Shown piece by piece: positions 8,496 to 16,284 of a DNA stretch of 20,954 nt. Origin of the DNA: a bacterium (GTDB lineage Bacteria; Babelota; Babeliae; Babelales; JABCYS01); contig DAIDHG010000001.1 of assembly GCA_027452085.1 (NCBI GenBank), positions 1-20,954 of the forward strand, in the 5' to 3' direction. The position numbers were made by a program, and so were the translations under genes. The notes under the pieces are model-generated. The model saw nothing but the letters and a program-made list of their open reading frames with translations. It was not told the DNA's origin and made no database searches. Each line of letters opens with the position of its first letter. The stretch's first letter is position 1.

Positions 8496-9941
8496 TTAGC
8501 CGATCAGCTTTTTTACGAGTTCAGTTAATAGTTTTGGATTTCCTTTGCCTTGTGTCGCTTTCATTGCCTGACCAACAAAGAAGCCCATCATGCGATCTTT
8601 GCCAGCCTTTAATTCAGCAACTTCTTGCGGATGTTTATCGATAATTTCCTTCACAATTTTTTCAAGTTCTTCCGATGAACCAATTTGTTCAAGACCCTTA
8701 GTTTTAACAATGACCAGTGGGTCTTGGCCTGTTTGAGCAACTTCCTCAAAGACGGTTTTAGCCGCATGATTATTAATTACGCCATCCTCAAGCAGATTGA
8801 TGAGAGCAACCAATTTGTCTGGCGTAACTTTGAAATCTGCTGGCGCTATGCTTTTTTCATTTAAATAGCTCAACACATCACGCAAGATCCAATTTATAAC
8901 TTGTTTGCTGCTGCTCAGAGCGCGAGCCTTTTCGTAATAGGCAGCAAGCTGCCTATCACCGACTAAGATATCAGCTTCATAAGCGGTCAGGCCTTCGCCC
9001 ATAAAGCGGGAGCGTTTTGCATCTGGCAGCTCTGGCATTGCCGCCTGTATGCGAGCAATGGTTGCATCATCAATATCGACGGGTGGTAGATCTGGATCGG
9101 TGAAATAGCGGTAGTCGGCAGCCTCTTCCTTGGTGCGCATGACATACGTTTTTTTTTCTTTGCTATCCCATAGCCGTGTCTCTTGGCGGATGGTGCCGCC
9201 AGCTTCAAGTGTTTCAATCTGCCGTTCGATCTCATGCTCAATGGCATCACTGATAAATTTGAAGGAGTTAATATTTTTCAGCTCCACCTTGGTGCCATAT
9301 TCTTTGACACCTTTTTTTCGCACCGAAATATTAGTGTCGGCGCGGAATGCGCCTTCTTCCATGTTGCCGGAGCTGATGTCCAAATAGGTCACGATATTGT
9401 GCAATGTTTTTAAATAGGTGCGTGCCTCATGGGTGCTTGAGATATCAGGATAACTTACCATCTCGAGTAGTGGTGTGCCCGCACGATTGAGATCTACAAA
9501 GCTTTCATAGTCGCTGGCATGCACGTTTTTACCAGCATCTTCTTCCATATGGATGCGCGTGAGACGAATATTTTTGGCTGAGCCATCTTCACGCGTAATA
9601 GGAATATAACCTTCTACGCAGATGGGATGATATTGTTGAGTGATCTGATATCCCTTTGGCAAATCAGGATAAAAGTAATGTTTGCGATCAAACTCATTGT
9701 GCTGATTAATCGTGCAATGAGTGGCGATGCCAGCACGCACCGCGTAATCGCGAACTTGTTCATTAAACACGGGTAATACACCAGGTTGACCGGTGCACAC
9801 TGGGCAGATATTGGTATTTGGTTCTTTGCTGATCTCATTGCGGCATGCGCAAAAGATTTTTGTCTTGGTCGTGAGCTGCACGTGAACTTCGATACCAATC
9901 ATGAGTTCGTAATCTGGATAGTTGTCTAATACTGAAGCCAT
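8496..9941 (-). CDS. gatB: Asp-tRNA(Asn)/Glu-tRNA(Gln) amidotransferase subunit B
   Basis: Motifs IGIEVHVQL, FDRKHYFYPDLPKGYQITQ, IHMEEDAGK, DLNRAGTPLLE, RADTNISVR, ELKNINSF, MRTKEEAADYRYF and FFVGQAMK. Confidence 0.98.
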   Translation of the reverse strand: MASVLDNYPDYELMIGIEVHVQLTTKTKIFCACRNEISKEPNTNICPVCTGQPGVLPVFNEQVRDYAVRAGIATHCTINQHNEFDRKHYFYPDLPKGYQITQQYHPICVEGYIPITREDGSAKNIRLTRIHMEEDAGKNVHASDYESFVDLNRAGTPLLEMVSYPDISSTHEARTYLKTLHNIVTYLDISSGNMEEGAFRADTNISVRKKGVKEYGTKVELKNINSFKFISDAIEHEIERQIETLEAGGTIRQETRLWDSKEKKTYVMRTKEEAADYRYFTDPDLPPVDIDDATIARIQAAMPELPDAKRSRFMGEGLTAYEADILVGDRQLAAYYEKARALSSSKQVINWILRDVLSYLNEKSIAPADFKVTPDKLVALINLLEDGVINNHAAKTVFEEVAQTGQDPLVIVKTKGLEQIGSSEELEKIVKEIIDKHPQEVAELKAGKDRMMGFFVGQAMKATQGKGNPKLLTELVKKLIG

Positions 9942-10006
9942 ATAATTCTCTCTACTAATTATTTACAACGAAGCGCAAGGGAAAATGGTCCAGGGCGCGC
10001 CCTGTG

Positions 10007-11527
10007 CTAGCGGATTTCGATTCTAAACTGATCAATTTCCAGTGAATCATCGCTTACCAAGGTGATTTTGCGATTAAATTCTTTTTCAAGAGCTAAAATA
10101 GAATCGTATTCAATGTTTGTTACTTGCTCAAAAATTGCCGGATGCACTGAGAAGAAGAGCTCAGCGTGTCGTTGGCGGCTGTTTTTTAACGCATCGGCAA
10201 GCGTTTGCAAAAGTTCGTACGACTCCGTTTGAATCGATTTTATAAATCCCGAGCCCGAACAACATGAGCAATCGTCGGTTAACTGTTGTACCAATGTTTT
10301 GCCCGAGCGTTTGCGGGTCATTTGCACTAAGCCAAACTCAGACACTTTCAATACCACCGATTGAAACTTATCTCGCTCTTTCAAAATTTTTTCAAAGTGC
10401 CGATACAGTTTCTGGCGGTTTGCTCCCGTGGCCATATCGATAAAGTCGATCACGATTAAGCCGCCGATATTGCGCAATCGCAACTGGCGAGCTACTTCTT
10501 CCGCCGCCTCAAGATTTGTTTTGAGGATGGTATCTTCCATGTTGGAGCGGCCAGTAAATCGACCAGTGTTTACATCGACGACGGTCATCGCTTCGGTTGT
10601 TTCAATGACAATCGAGCCACCCGAGCGCAAATGCACCTTCTTTTGTAATGCTCGATCAATTTGTTTTTCGATATCGTAGCGTTCAAAAAGCGATGGCGAG
10701 CTCTCATATAATTTAACTTTGTGCGTATGCTCAGGTGCGATGCTTTTTACAAATCGATAGATGCGATGTTGTAAATGTTTTGAATCGGTGATGATAGCCT
10801 CGATGTCATCATCCAAATTATCGCGTACAGCAGCAAGCGCTAAATCAAGATCTTCATACACCTTTTCTTTTGGTTTTGCTTTCGCAAATTTCTTCAGGAT
10901 TGAACGCCAGGTGTGCACGAGGAATGCAATATCTTGTGCGAGCGCCGCCTCGGGAGCATTTTCGCATGAAGTTCGAATAATGGCGCCCATACCTTTTGGT
11001 AAACGACGCGTTAAAATGTCACGCAGTCGTCCGCGCTCTTCTCGCGATTCAATTTTTTTGGAAATGCCGATTCGTGGAATATTTGGCATTAAGACGATAA
11101 ATCGGCCTGGCAGAGTAAAGCAGGTAGTAAGCTTGGCGCCTTTTTCATAAATTGGTTCTTTAGAAACTTGAACCAGGATCGGCTCACCTTCGCGAAGAAT
11201 CTTGCTAATTTCTGGTCTCTCGCGGCGCTGCGGTCGTGGATGTTCTTGACCAGGCTCAAGATCGCTATCATGGCCAAGCCCCATTTTTTCAGCCGCCATT
11301 TCACGATCAATTTCAGAGATGTGCAAAAAACCAGCTTTTTCTTGACCAAAGTCAACAAACGCTGTTTGAATGCCAGGTAACACTGAAGCGATGATACCTT
11401 TGAAATACATACGCTCCAAATGTTCCTGCACGTGTGGTGCAAAGTAAATATTTTGGAGCTCGTTATCTTCCTGAACAATCGCGACGCGCGTTTGCCAAGG
11501 AGCATCGTTAATCAGAATTTTTTTCAT
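10007..11527 (-). CDS. Rne/Rng family ribonuclease (RNase G-like length, no C-terminal scaffold)
   Basis: S1 domain (VLPGIQTAFVDFGQEKAGFLH, LVQVSKEP), TEAMTVVDVNTG, TNLEAAEEVARQLRLRNIGGLIVIDFIDM, SEFGLVQMTRKR, and the Zn-link CSCCSGSG. Confidence 0.96.
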   Translation of the reverse strand: MKKILINDAPWQTRVAIVQEDNELQNIYFAPHVQEHLERMYFKGIIASVLPGIQTAFVDFGQEKAGFLHISEIDREMAAEKMGLGHDSDLEPGQEHPRPQRRERPEISKILREGEPILVQVSKEPIYEKGAKLTTCFTLPGRFIVLMPNIPRIGISKKIESREERGRLRDILTRRLPKGMGAIIRTSCENAPEAALAQDIAFLVHTWRSILKKFAKAKPKEKVYEDLDLALAAVRDNLDDDIEAIITDSKHLQHRIYRFVKSIAPEHTHKVKLYESSPSLFERYDIEKQIDRALQKKVHLRSGGSIVIETTEAMTVVDVNTGRFTGRSNMEDTILKTNLEAAEEVARQLRLRNIGGLIVIDFIDMATGANRQKLYRHFEKILKERDKFQSVVLKVSEFGLVQMTRKRSGKTLVQQLTDDCSCCSGSGFIKSIQTESYELLQTLADALKNSRQRHAELFFSVHPAIFEQVTNIEYDSILALEKEFNRKITLVSDDSLEIDQFRIEIR

Positions 11528-11774
11528 GTAACTTTCAAAAATCTTGTTGGCTACCCAACGTGCTTTCCAAGCTTCTTATCTACGGTGTGAAAGCATTCGG
11601 GCGGCAATGCCCCTCCTTCTTATCCGCCATAGCGAGTGATCCAAAAGTTATTTGGAGGTGTGCGCGATGATGGATTTTAAATTTAAACAGTGCAGAATAT
11701 AGCGTATTGAAAAAAATTGTGATAGTTTTTGGCCCTACTCTGGCTTACCATTAACAGCGAGGATGGAAAAAATC

Positions 11775-12347
11775 ATGAAAAAAGCACTGAGCCTAATGCT
11801 ATTTGTCGTTGCCTTAGCCCCTGCCTGCGGAAAGAAGAAAAAAGTTGTCGACGGCCGTCAAAGCGGCTCGATGAATATCCCACTTGCAAGCGGTGATCGC
11901 CGCAGCTTCTTTGATGATGAAGTAGGCGCTTTTGTTTTAGAGGACGATGCCCAAGTTCAGGCCGACAATCAACAAGCTTCCTGGGTAGCTCAAGCTGACA
12001 CGAAGCAGTTTAAGCCGGTTTATTTTGATTTTGACAAATATGCAATACGAAATGACCAAGAGTCTCAAGTTGAAGCCGACGCTCAAGAGGCGCTCAAAGT
12101 TGCAAAAAAAGATCAAAAAACAGTCATAATTGAAGGTCACTCATGCCACTCAGCAGGATCAAAAGCTTACAATTTGATTCTCTCCGAGCACCGAGCACAG
12201 ACCGTAGCTAAGCGCCTGGAAGAAGAGGGTGTGCCAGCAGACAGCATGAAAGTAGTTGGTCGTGGTACCGAAATGCCGGTTGTTCTTGGTGGCTCTCGTG
12301 AAGAACAGTGGCCAAATCGACGTGTGGAAGTATTCCCGCTCGGATAA
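11775..12347 (+). CDS. OmpA/Pal-family peptidoglycan-associated lipoprotein
   Basis: Lipoprotein signal MKKALSLMLFVVALAPA|C; C-terminal OmpA domain VYFDFDK...IEGH...YNLILSEHRA...VGRG...NRRVE. ATG 11763 is an alternative start. Confidence 0.9.
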   Translation: MKKALSLMLFVVALAPACGKKKKVVDGRQSGSMNIPLASGDRRSFFDDEVGAFVLEDDAQVQADNQQASWVAQADTKQFKPVYFDFDKYAIRNDQESQVEADAQEALKVAKKDQKTVIIEGHSCHSAGSKAYNLILSEHRAQTVAKRLEEEGVPADSMKVVGRGTEMPVVLGGSREEQWPNRRVEVFPLG

Positions 12348-12388
12348 CCAGGCTGCAGACAAAAGACTCCATGAGTCTATAAAAATAC

Positions 12389-12419
12389 AAAGGGACTCTG
12401 ATTTCAGGGTCCCTTTTTT
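12389..12419 (+). terminator. Intrinsic terminator after the OmpA/Pal gene
   Basis: AAGGGACTCTG-attt-CAGGGTCCCTTTTTT. Confidence 0.8.
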
Positions 12420-12434
12420 AATACAAACAATTGC

Positions 12435-13031
12435 ATGATTACAAAATTAAACGGCACCGTTGCCGAGCTTCAAGATCAGTCAATCACGCTCATGGTGGCG
12501 GGCATTGGTTTTACGATTGCCGTGCCTCAAGTTACTTTGTTTGCGCCCGGCTCTGAGGCTGATCTTCATATATATATGCACTGGTCTGCCGAGCAGGGAC
12601 CGAGCCTCTTTGGTTTTAAAACGAATGCTGAAAAAACACTGTTTTTGACCTTGATCGACTGCCAGGGAATTGGGCCTAAAATGGCTATAGCGCTGCTGGG
12701 GAAATTGGGAGCCCAAGCAATTTTAGAAGCGGTATCGCAAAATAATTTAAAAGCGCTGAGCAGCGTCTCGGGTGTTGGCCCCAAAAAGGCGGAGCAGCTG
12801 CTCCTCTTCTTACGCGACAAGGTGTCGGGCTTGCTTGAAAAAGGGTTAGAGTTTGGCGGTAGCAACCTTACTCATTGGCATGAGGTGTCGGCGGTGTTGA
12901 CCAAGCTTAACTACTCACGCACCGAGATCGCGCAGGTAATGCAGCATTTAACAACCCAATTTGCAGGCAAACCGGTAGGCGTTGATGAATTGCTGCGCCA
13001 TGCACTGGGATATATGACGCAGGCTCGGTAG
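12435..13031 (+). CDS. ruvA: Holliday junction branch migration protein RuvA
   Basis: MITKLNG, LFGF...EKTLF..LI, tandem HhH motifs (GIGPKMA, SGVGPKKAEQL), and C-terminal domain L..LNYS..E. Confidence 0.93.
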   Translation: MITKLNGTVAELQDQSITLMVAGIGFTIAVPQVTLFAPGSEADLHIYMHWSAEQGPSLFGFKTNAEKTLFLTLIDCQGIGPKMAIALLGKLGAQAILEAVSQNNLKALSSVSGVGPKKAEQLLLFLRDKVSGLLEKGLEFGGSNLTHWHEVSAVLTKLNYSRTEIAQVMQHLTTQFAGKPVGVDELLRHALGYMTQAR

Positions 13032-13055
13032 ATGTCATGCAAGCGGGAAATGCAT

Positions 13056-13083
13056 TTGACACTCACTGGTATTTTGTTACTAT
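13056..13083 (+). promoter_or_regulatory. Sigma70-type promoter for the tRNA-Gly transcript
   Basis: TTGACA (13056-13061), 16-nt spacer, extended -10 TG-n-TACTAT (13075-13083). Confidence 0.65.
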
Positions 13084-13191
13084 TCGCTGCACAGAAATGA
13101 ATATGAAATGCGGCGGAGGTTACCTCCAAGCGAGCATAGCAATAGATGACGGCATGGTTCGTCAGATACTTTGATTCACATCTATGAGAAT

Positions 13192-13267
13192 GCGGGAATA
13201 GCTCAATTGGTAGAGCGTTGCCTTGCCAAGGCAAAGGTCGCGGGTTCAAGTCCCGTTTCCCGCTCCA
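13192..13267 (+). tRNA. tRNA-Gly (anticodon GCC), CCA encoded
   Basis: Acceptor stem GCGGGAA/TTCCCGC, D-arm GCTC/GAGC, anticodon stem TTGCC/GGCAA with loop TTGCCAA, T-arm GCGGG-TTCAAGT-CCCGT, 3' TCCA; 76 nt. Confidence 0.98.
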
Positions 13268-13275
13268 TTTTTTAT

Positions 13276-13310
13276 ACCGTGATCCCCGGGCAGATCACGC
13301 GGTTTCTTTC
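13276..13310 (+). terminator. Putative terminator hairpin after tRNA-Gly
   Basis: CGTGATC-cccgggca-GATCACG followed by CGGTTTCTTTC. Confidence 0.55.
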
Positions 13311-13370
13311 ATAGTTTTCCCAATAATTAACACACACATAAGCATTTGCCCGTTGAGGTATATAAAACCA

Positions 13371-13754
13371 ATGAGATCAGTAATTCAGGAAGCAGCGAGT
13401 ATTGCTCAAGCAGTAGAACTTGGCTGGATCAAGGCTGGAAAGCCAAAAGATTTTACGGTAAAAATCTTTGAAGAAGCACAAAAAAAATTCTTTGGCCTTA
13501 TCACGGTAAAAAAAGCGAAGATAGGTATTTTTGTTGAAGATCGTCCGCAACAACGAAGCGGTGATCAACGTCAACAACAACGTCGCCATATCCCCCATCG
13601 ACGTCGACCACATGGTCAACAACAAGGCCAACAGACTTTGCGGCCGTCCAACAAAGGACCCCAGCAAGGTCATCAGCAATCGCCAAACCAACACCAGGGC
13701 CATGAAGAGCAACATGATCATCATGATGGACATGATCATGGCGGTGAAGAATAA
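13371..13754 (+). CDS. Jag (EloR/KhpB) N-terminal domain protein with a Q/R/H-rich low-complexity tail
   Basis: MRSVIQEAASIAQAVELG...TVKIFEEAQKKFFGL...KAKI matches the Jag_N pattern, and the gene lies directly upstream of mnmE, where jag usually sits. GAGG lies upstream of ATG 13371. Confidence 0.75.
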   Translation: MRSVIQEAASIAQAVELGWIKAGKPKDFTVKIFEEAQKKFFGLITVKKAKIGIFVEDRPQQRSGDQRQQQRRHIPHRRRPHGQQQGQQTLRPSNKGPQQGHQQSPNQHQGHEEQHDHHDGHDHGGEE

Positions 13755-13777
13755 GAATCTATAATGGAGGTTCTCTT

Positions 13778-15151
13778 ATTTTTACTCATGATGAAGCAAC
13801 TATCGTAGCTCAGTGCACGCCGGTCGGGCATGGGGCCATTGCCCTTATCCGTATGACAGGTGTTGAAGCGCTGACGATAGCAGCCAACATAGCACACATC
13901 AAAGCAGGTAAAATTATAGACCTGGGCTCACACACCATTCATGCTGGTTATGTGATTGATCAGCAGGGAGGTGTTGTAGACCAGGTTATGTTTTTGATTA
14001 TGCATGGCCCACGCACCTTTACGGGGCATCATACGGTGGAGATCACCTGCCACAATAATCAGTTTATTGTTGAACGCATCATAGAGCTGGCAATTGCTCA
14101 CGGGGCCCGCCATGCACAAGAGGGCGAATTTACCCGTCGCGCTTTTCTGAATAAAAAAATTGATCTGGTGCAAGCCGAAGCGATTAATGAGCTTATCTGC
14201 GCCAACAATCAACAGGCATTGAAAAAATCTTTAGCTCAACTACAGGGCAGCTTTTCACATTTTGTTTCTGAGCTTGAGCAAAATTTATTGCGTGTATTAG
14301 CATTCTCCGACGCTAGTTTTGAATTTTTAGACGATGAGATAACATTTGCTGATCAAATTCGTGCGTCGGTGGATCAGACCATCTCCGCTGTTATGGCAGC
14401 AAAAAAATCATTTAATCAACAGCAGCACATTCGCCAAGGTTTTCGCATTGCCATTATTGGCTCGGTCAATGCGGGAAAATCATCATTGTTTAATGCATTG
14501 CTGAATCGTAATCGCGCTATTGTAACGCCAATTCCTGGCACCACGCGCGATGTGCTTGAAGCTGGCTTGTATGTGCAAGGAAATTATTGGACTGTCGTTG
14601 ACACTGCTGGCTTGCGCCGAACAGATGATGTTATTGAACAAGAGGGTATACAGCGGGCACATGACGAAGCGCAGAGTGCCGATGTGATTTTATTGGCCTA
14701 TGATAGTTCACGAAATATGAATGCTGATGAAGCAAGCGTATATGCAGCTCTTTTGGAAAAATATGCAGGCAAAACAATTGTTGTATTAAATAAATCAGAT
14801 TTGCCTGCAAAAATTGATCTGTCTTCTGGCAGTAATGGTCCGATTATTTCAGTTTCTTCTCTGTCTCGCACCGGCATTGATGTTTTGCAGCAAGCGATTG
14901 AGCAAAAAATAGATACAATGCTCGCAGCTGCAGATTCGCCATTCATGCTTAATAAACGGCAGTATCACCTACTTGCCGATCTTGAGAATCGGCTGAATCA
15001 TATAAAAACTATGGTAGAGGGCGATATTGCATACGAACTTCTTTCGTATGAGCTTAATCATGCACTTGCGTTGCTCAGCGAATTGACTGGAAAATCGGTC
15101 AGTGAGCAGGCAATGGACCAAGTATTTCGATCGTTTTGCGTTGGCAAATAA
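13778..15151 (+). CDS. mnmE: tRNA uridine-5-carboxymethylaminomethyl(34) synthesis GTPase MnmE (start uncertain; proposed ATT at 13778)
   Basis: In-frame TIVAQCTPVGHGAIALIRMTG begins upstream of the ORF-track ATG (13853). Motifs GPRTFTG, GEFTRRAFLN, DLVQAEAI, GSVNAGKSSL, PGTTRD, DTAGLR, NKSD and the C-terminal FCVGK. Confidence 0.96.
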   Translation: MFTHDEATIVAQCTPVGHGAIALIRMTGVEALTIAANIAHIKAGKIIDLGSHTIHAGYVIDQQGGVVDQVMFLIMHGPRTFTGHHTVEITCHNNQFIVERIIELAIAHGARHAQEGEFTRRAFLNKKIDLVQAEAINELICANNQQALKKSLAQLQGSFSHFVSELEQNLLRVLAFSDASFEFLDDEITFADQIRASVDQTISAVMAAKKSFNQQQHIRQGFRIAIIGSVNAGKSSLFNALLNRNRAIVTPIPGTTRDVLEAGLYVQGNYWTVVDTAGLRRTDDVIEQEGIQRAHDEAQSADVILLAYDSSRNMNADEASVYAALLEKYAGKTIVVLNKSDLPAKIDLSSGSNGPIISVSSLSRTGIDVLQQAIEQKIDTMLAAADSPFMLNKRQYHLLADLENRLNHIKTMVEGDIAYELLSYELNHALALLSELTGKSVSEQAMDQVFRSFCVGK

Positions 15152-15153
15152 AG

Positions 15154-16284
15154 CTATAACGCGGCTTGCGATGCTGCGGTAATCGGTCGCAAAATTACTT
15201 GTTCAGCGATTCGCTCTTTTGCGCTTGTGCCAGTCATGTGTTCGGCAAAGCCAAGTTCCACAATCATATCTACAAAATCCGTCGGACGAATGCCAAGTTC
15301 GGCAGCCTGATGAAAGAGTACCGTCGCTGGTGTGACGCCCGGCAACGTATTAAATTCCAAAATGATCACGCGCTCAGAGCCAGTGGGGCTGATCTCAGCT
15401 GATTGGTAAAAGCAATCGATGCGTGCATAGCCTTTGCAGCCAACAGCCTTATATGCAGCGGCGATCGTTTTTTGAACTAACTGTAACGAGGTTGCGGGCA
15501 ATGGTGCCGGGGTTTGATTTTCGCCTGCACCGGGCAGAAATTTTTCTTCGATAGAGAGGATGCCCGCGTTGGCCAGCGCTTGGCTTGGCGGTAATGCTAT
15601 CGGATGCTCATTGCCCATCACGCCGACGGTGAGCTCCATGCCAGAAACGCATTCTTCAATAAATGCGTCGTGCTTTCCGGCAGCAAAGAGCTGCTCAACA
15701 GCCGCAGCTATTTGTTCGTCATTGGTGGCCTTTGATACCATCACGCTGCAACCGTCATCATGTGGCTTTACAATGACGGTGTTTGGCAACTCTGCGCGTA
15801 TTTTGGCCAAACAATCAGCTTTGTTTTGATTCCAGCTCTCACGTGAAATGAGTAGATGCTTTGGCACCTCGAATCCTTGAGTGCGCAAGAAGCAATTTGC
15901 TTTGTATTTGTTCATGCACAAGGCACTGGCAAATACGGACGAGCCGTTATAGGGGGTGCCCAGCATTTCTAATGCACCTTGAAAGCAACCATTTTCACCC
16001 ACGCCGCCGTGCAAGGCAATAAATACAAAATCAACCAACGCGGGTAGATCTGAGAGTCGTATGCGCATATCATCAGTTAAACAATTGGTTATCTCTTTGG
16101 TTGAGTTATGCACGAGCATACGTTCATCGATGCGATAGAGTTTGCGTTCGCCGGTTACGAATATTGGCAGCACCTGATATTTCGATGGCGATAATTTATA
16201 GACGATGTTGCGTCCCGATTCGAGAGATATTTCTCGTTCATTTGAGTCGCCGCCCAAGAGTACGGCGATTTTAATACGGTCCAT
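15154..16284 (-). CDS. D-alanine--D-alanine ligase family ATP-grasp protein (paralog 2)
   Basis: Motifs IAVLLGGDSNEREISLESG, FIALHGGVGENG, SALCMNK, VKPHDDGCS, ARIDCF and LEFNTLPG. ATG at 16284 has GGAG 7 nt upstream and overlaps the preceding gene by 14 nt. Confidence 0.88.
   Translation of the reverse strand: MDRIKIAVLLGGDSNEREISLESGRNIVYKLSPSKYQVLPIFVTGERKLYRIDERMLVHNSTKEITNCLTDDMRIRLSDLPALVDFVFIALHGGVGENGCFQGALEMLGTPYNGSSVFASALCMNKYKANCFLRTQGFEVPKHLLISRESWNQNKADCLAKIRAELPNTVIVKPHDDGCSVMVSKATNDEQIAAAVEQLFAAGKHDAFIEECVSGMELTVGVMGNEHPIALPPSQALANAGILSIEEKFLPGAGENQTPAPLPATSLQLVQKTIAAAYKAVGCKGYARIDCFYQSAEISPTGSERVIILEFNTLPGVTPATVLFHQAAELGIRPTDFVDMIVELGFAEHMTGTSAKERIAEQVILRPITAASQAAL

Noticed and set aside
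13192..13267. tRNA-Gly as an integration site for an island or prophage
   Set aside because: I saw no integrase and no duplicated tRNA 3' end, and the flanking genes are housekeeping.
12911..13370. ORF 12911..13249 (-) and the first 51 codons of ORF 13218..13754 (+)
   Set aside because: These are translations of the tRNA-Gly sequence and its flanks.
13548..13740. CAA/CAT-rich short repeats as a repeat array or CRISPR
   Set aside because: They are explained by Gln/His codons in the Jag-N tail, with no constant repeat-spacer period.
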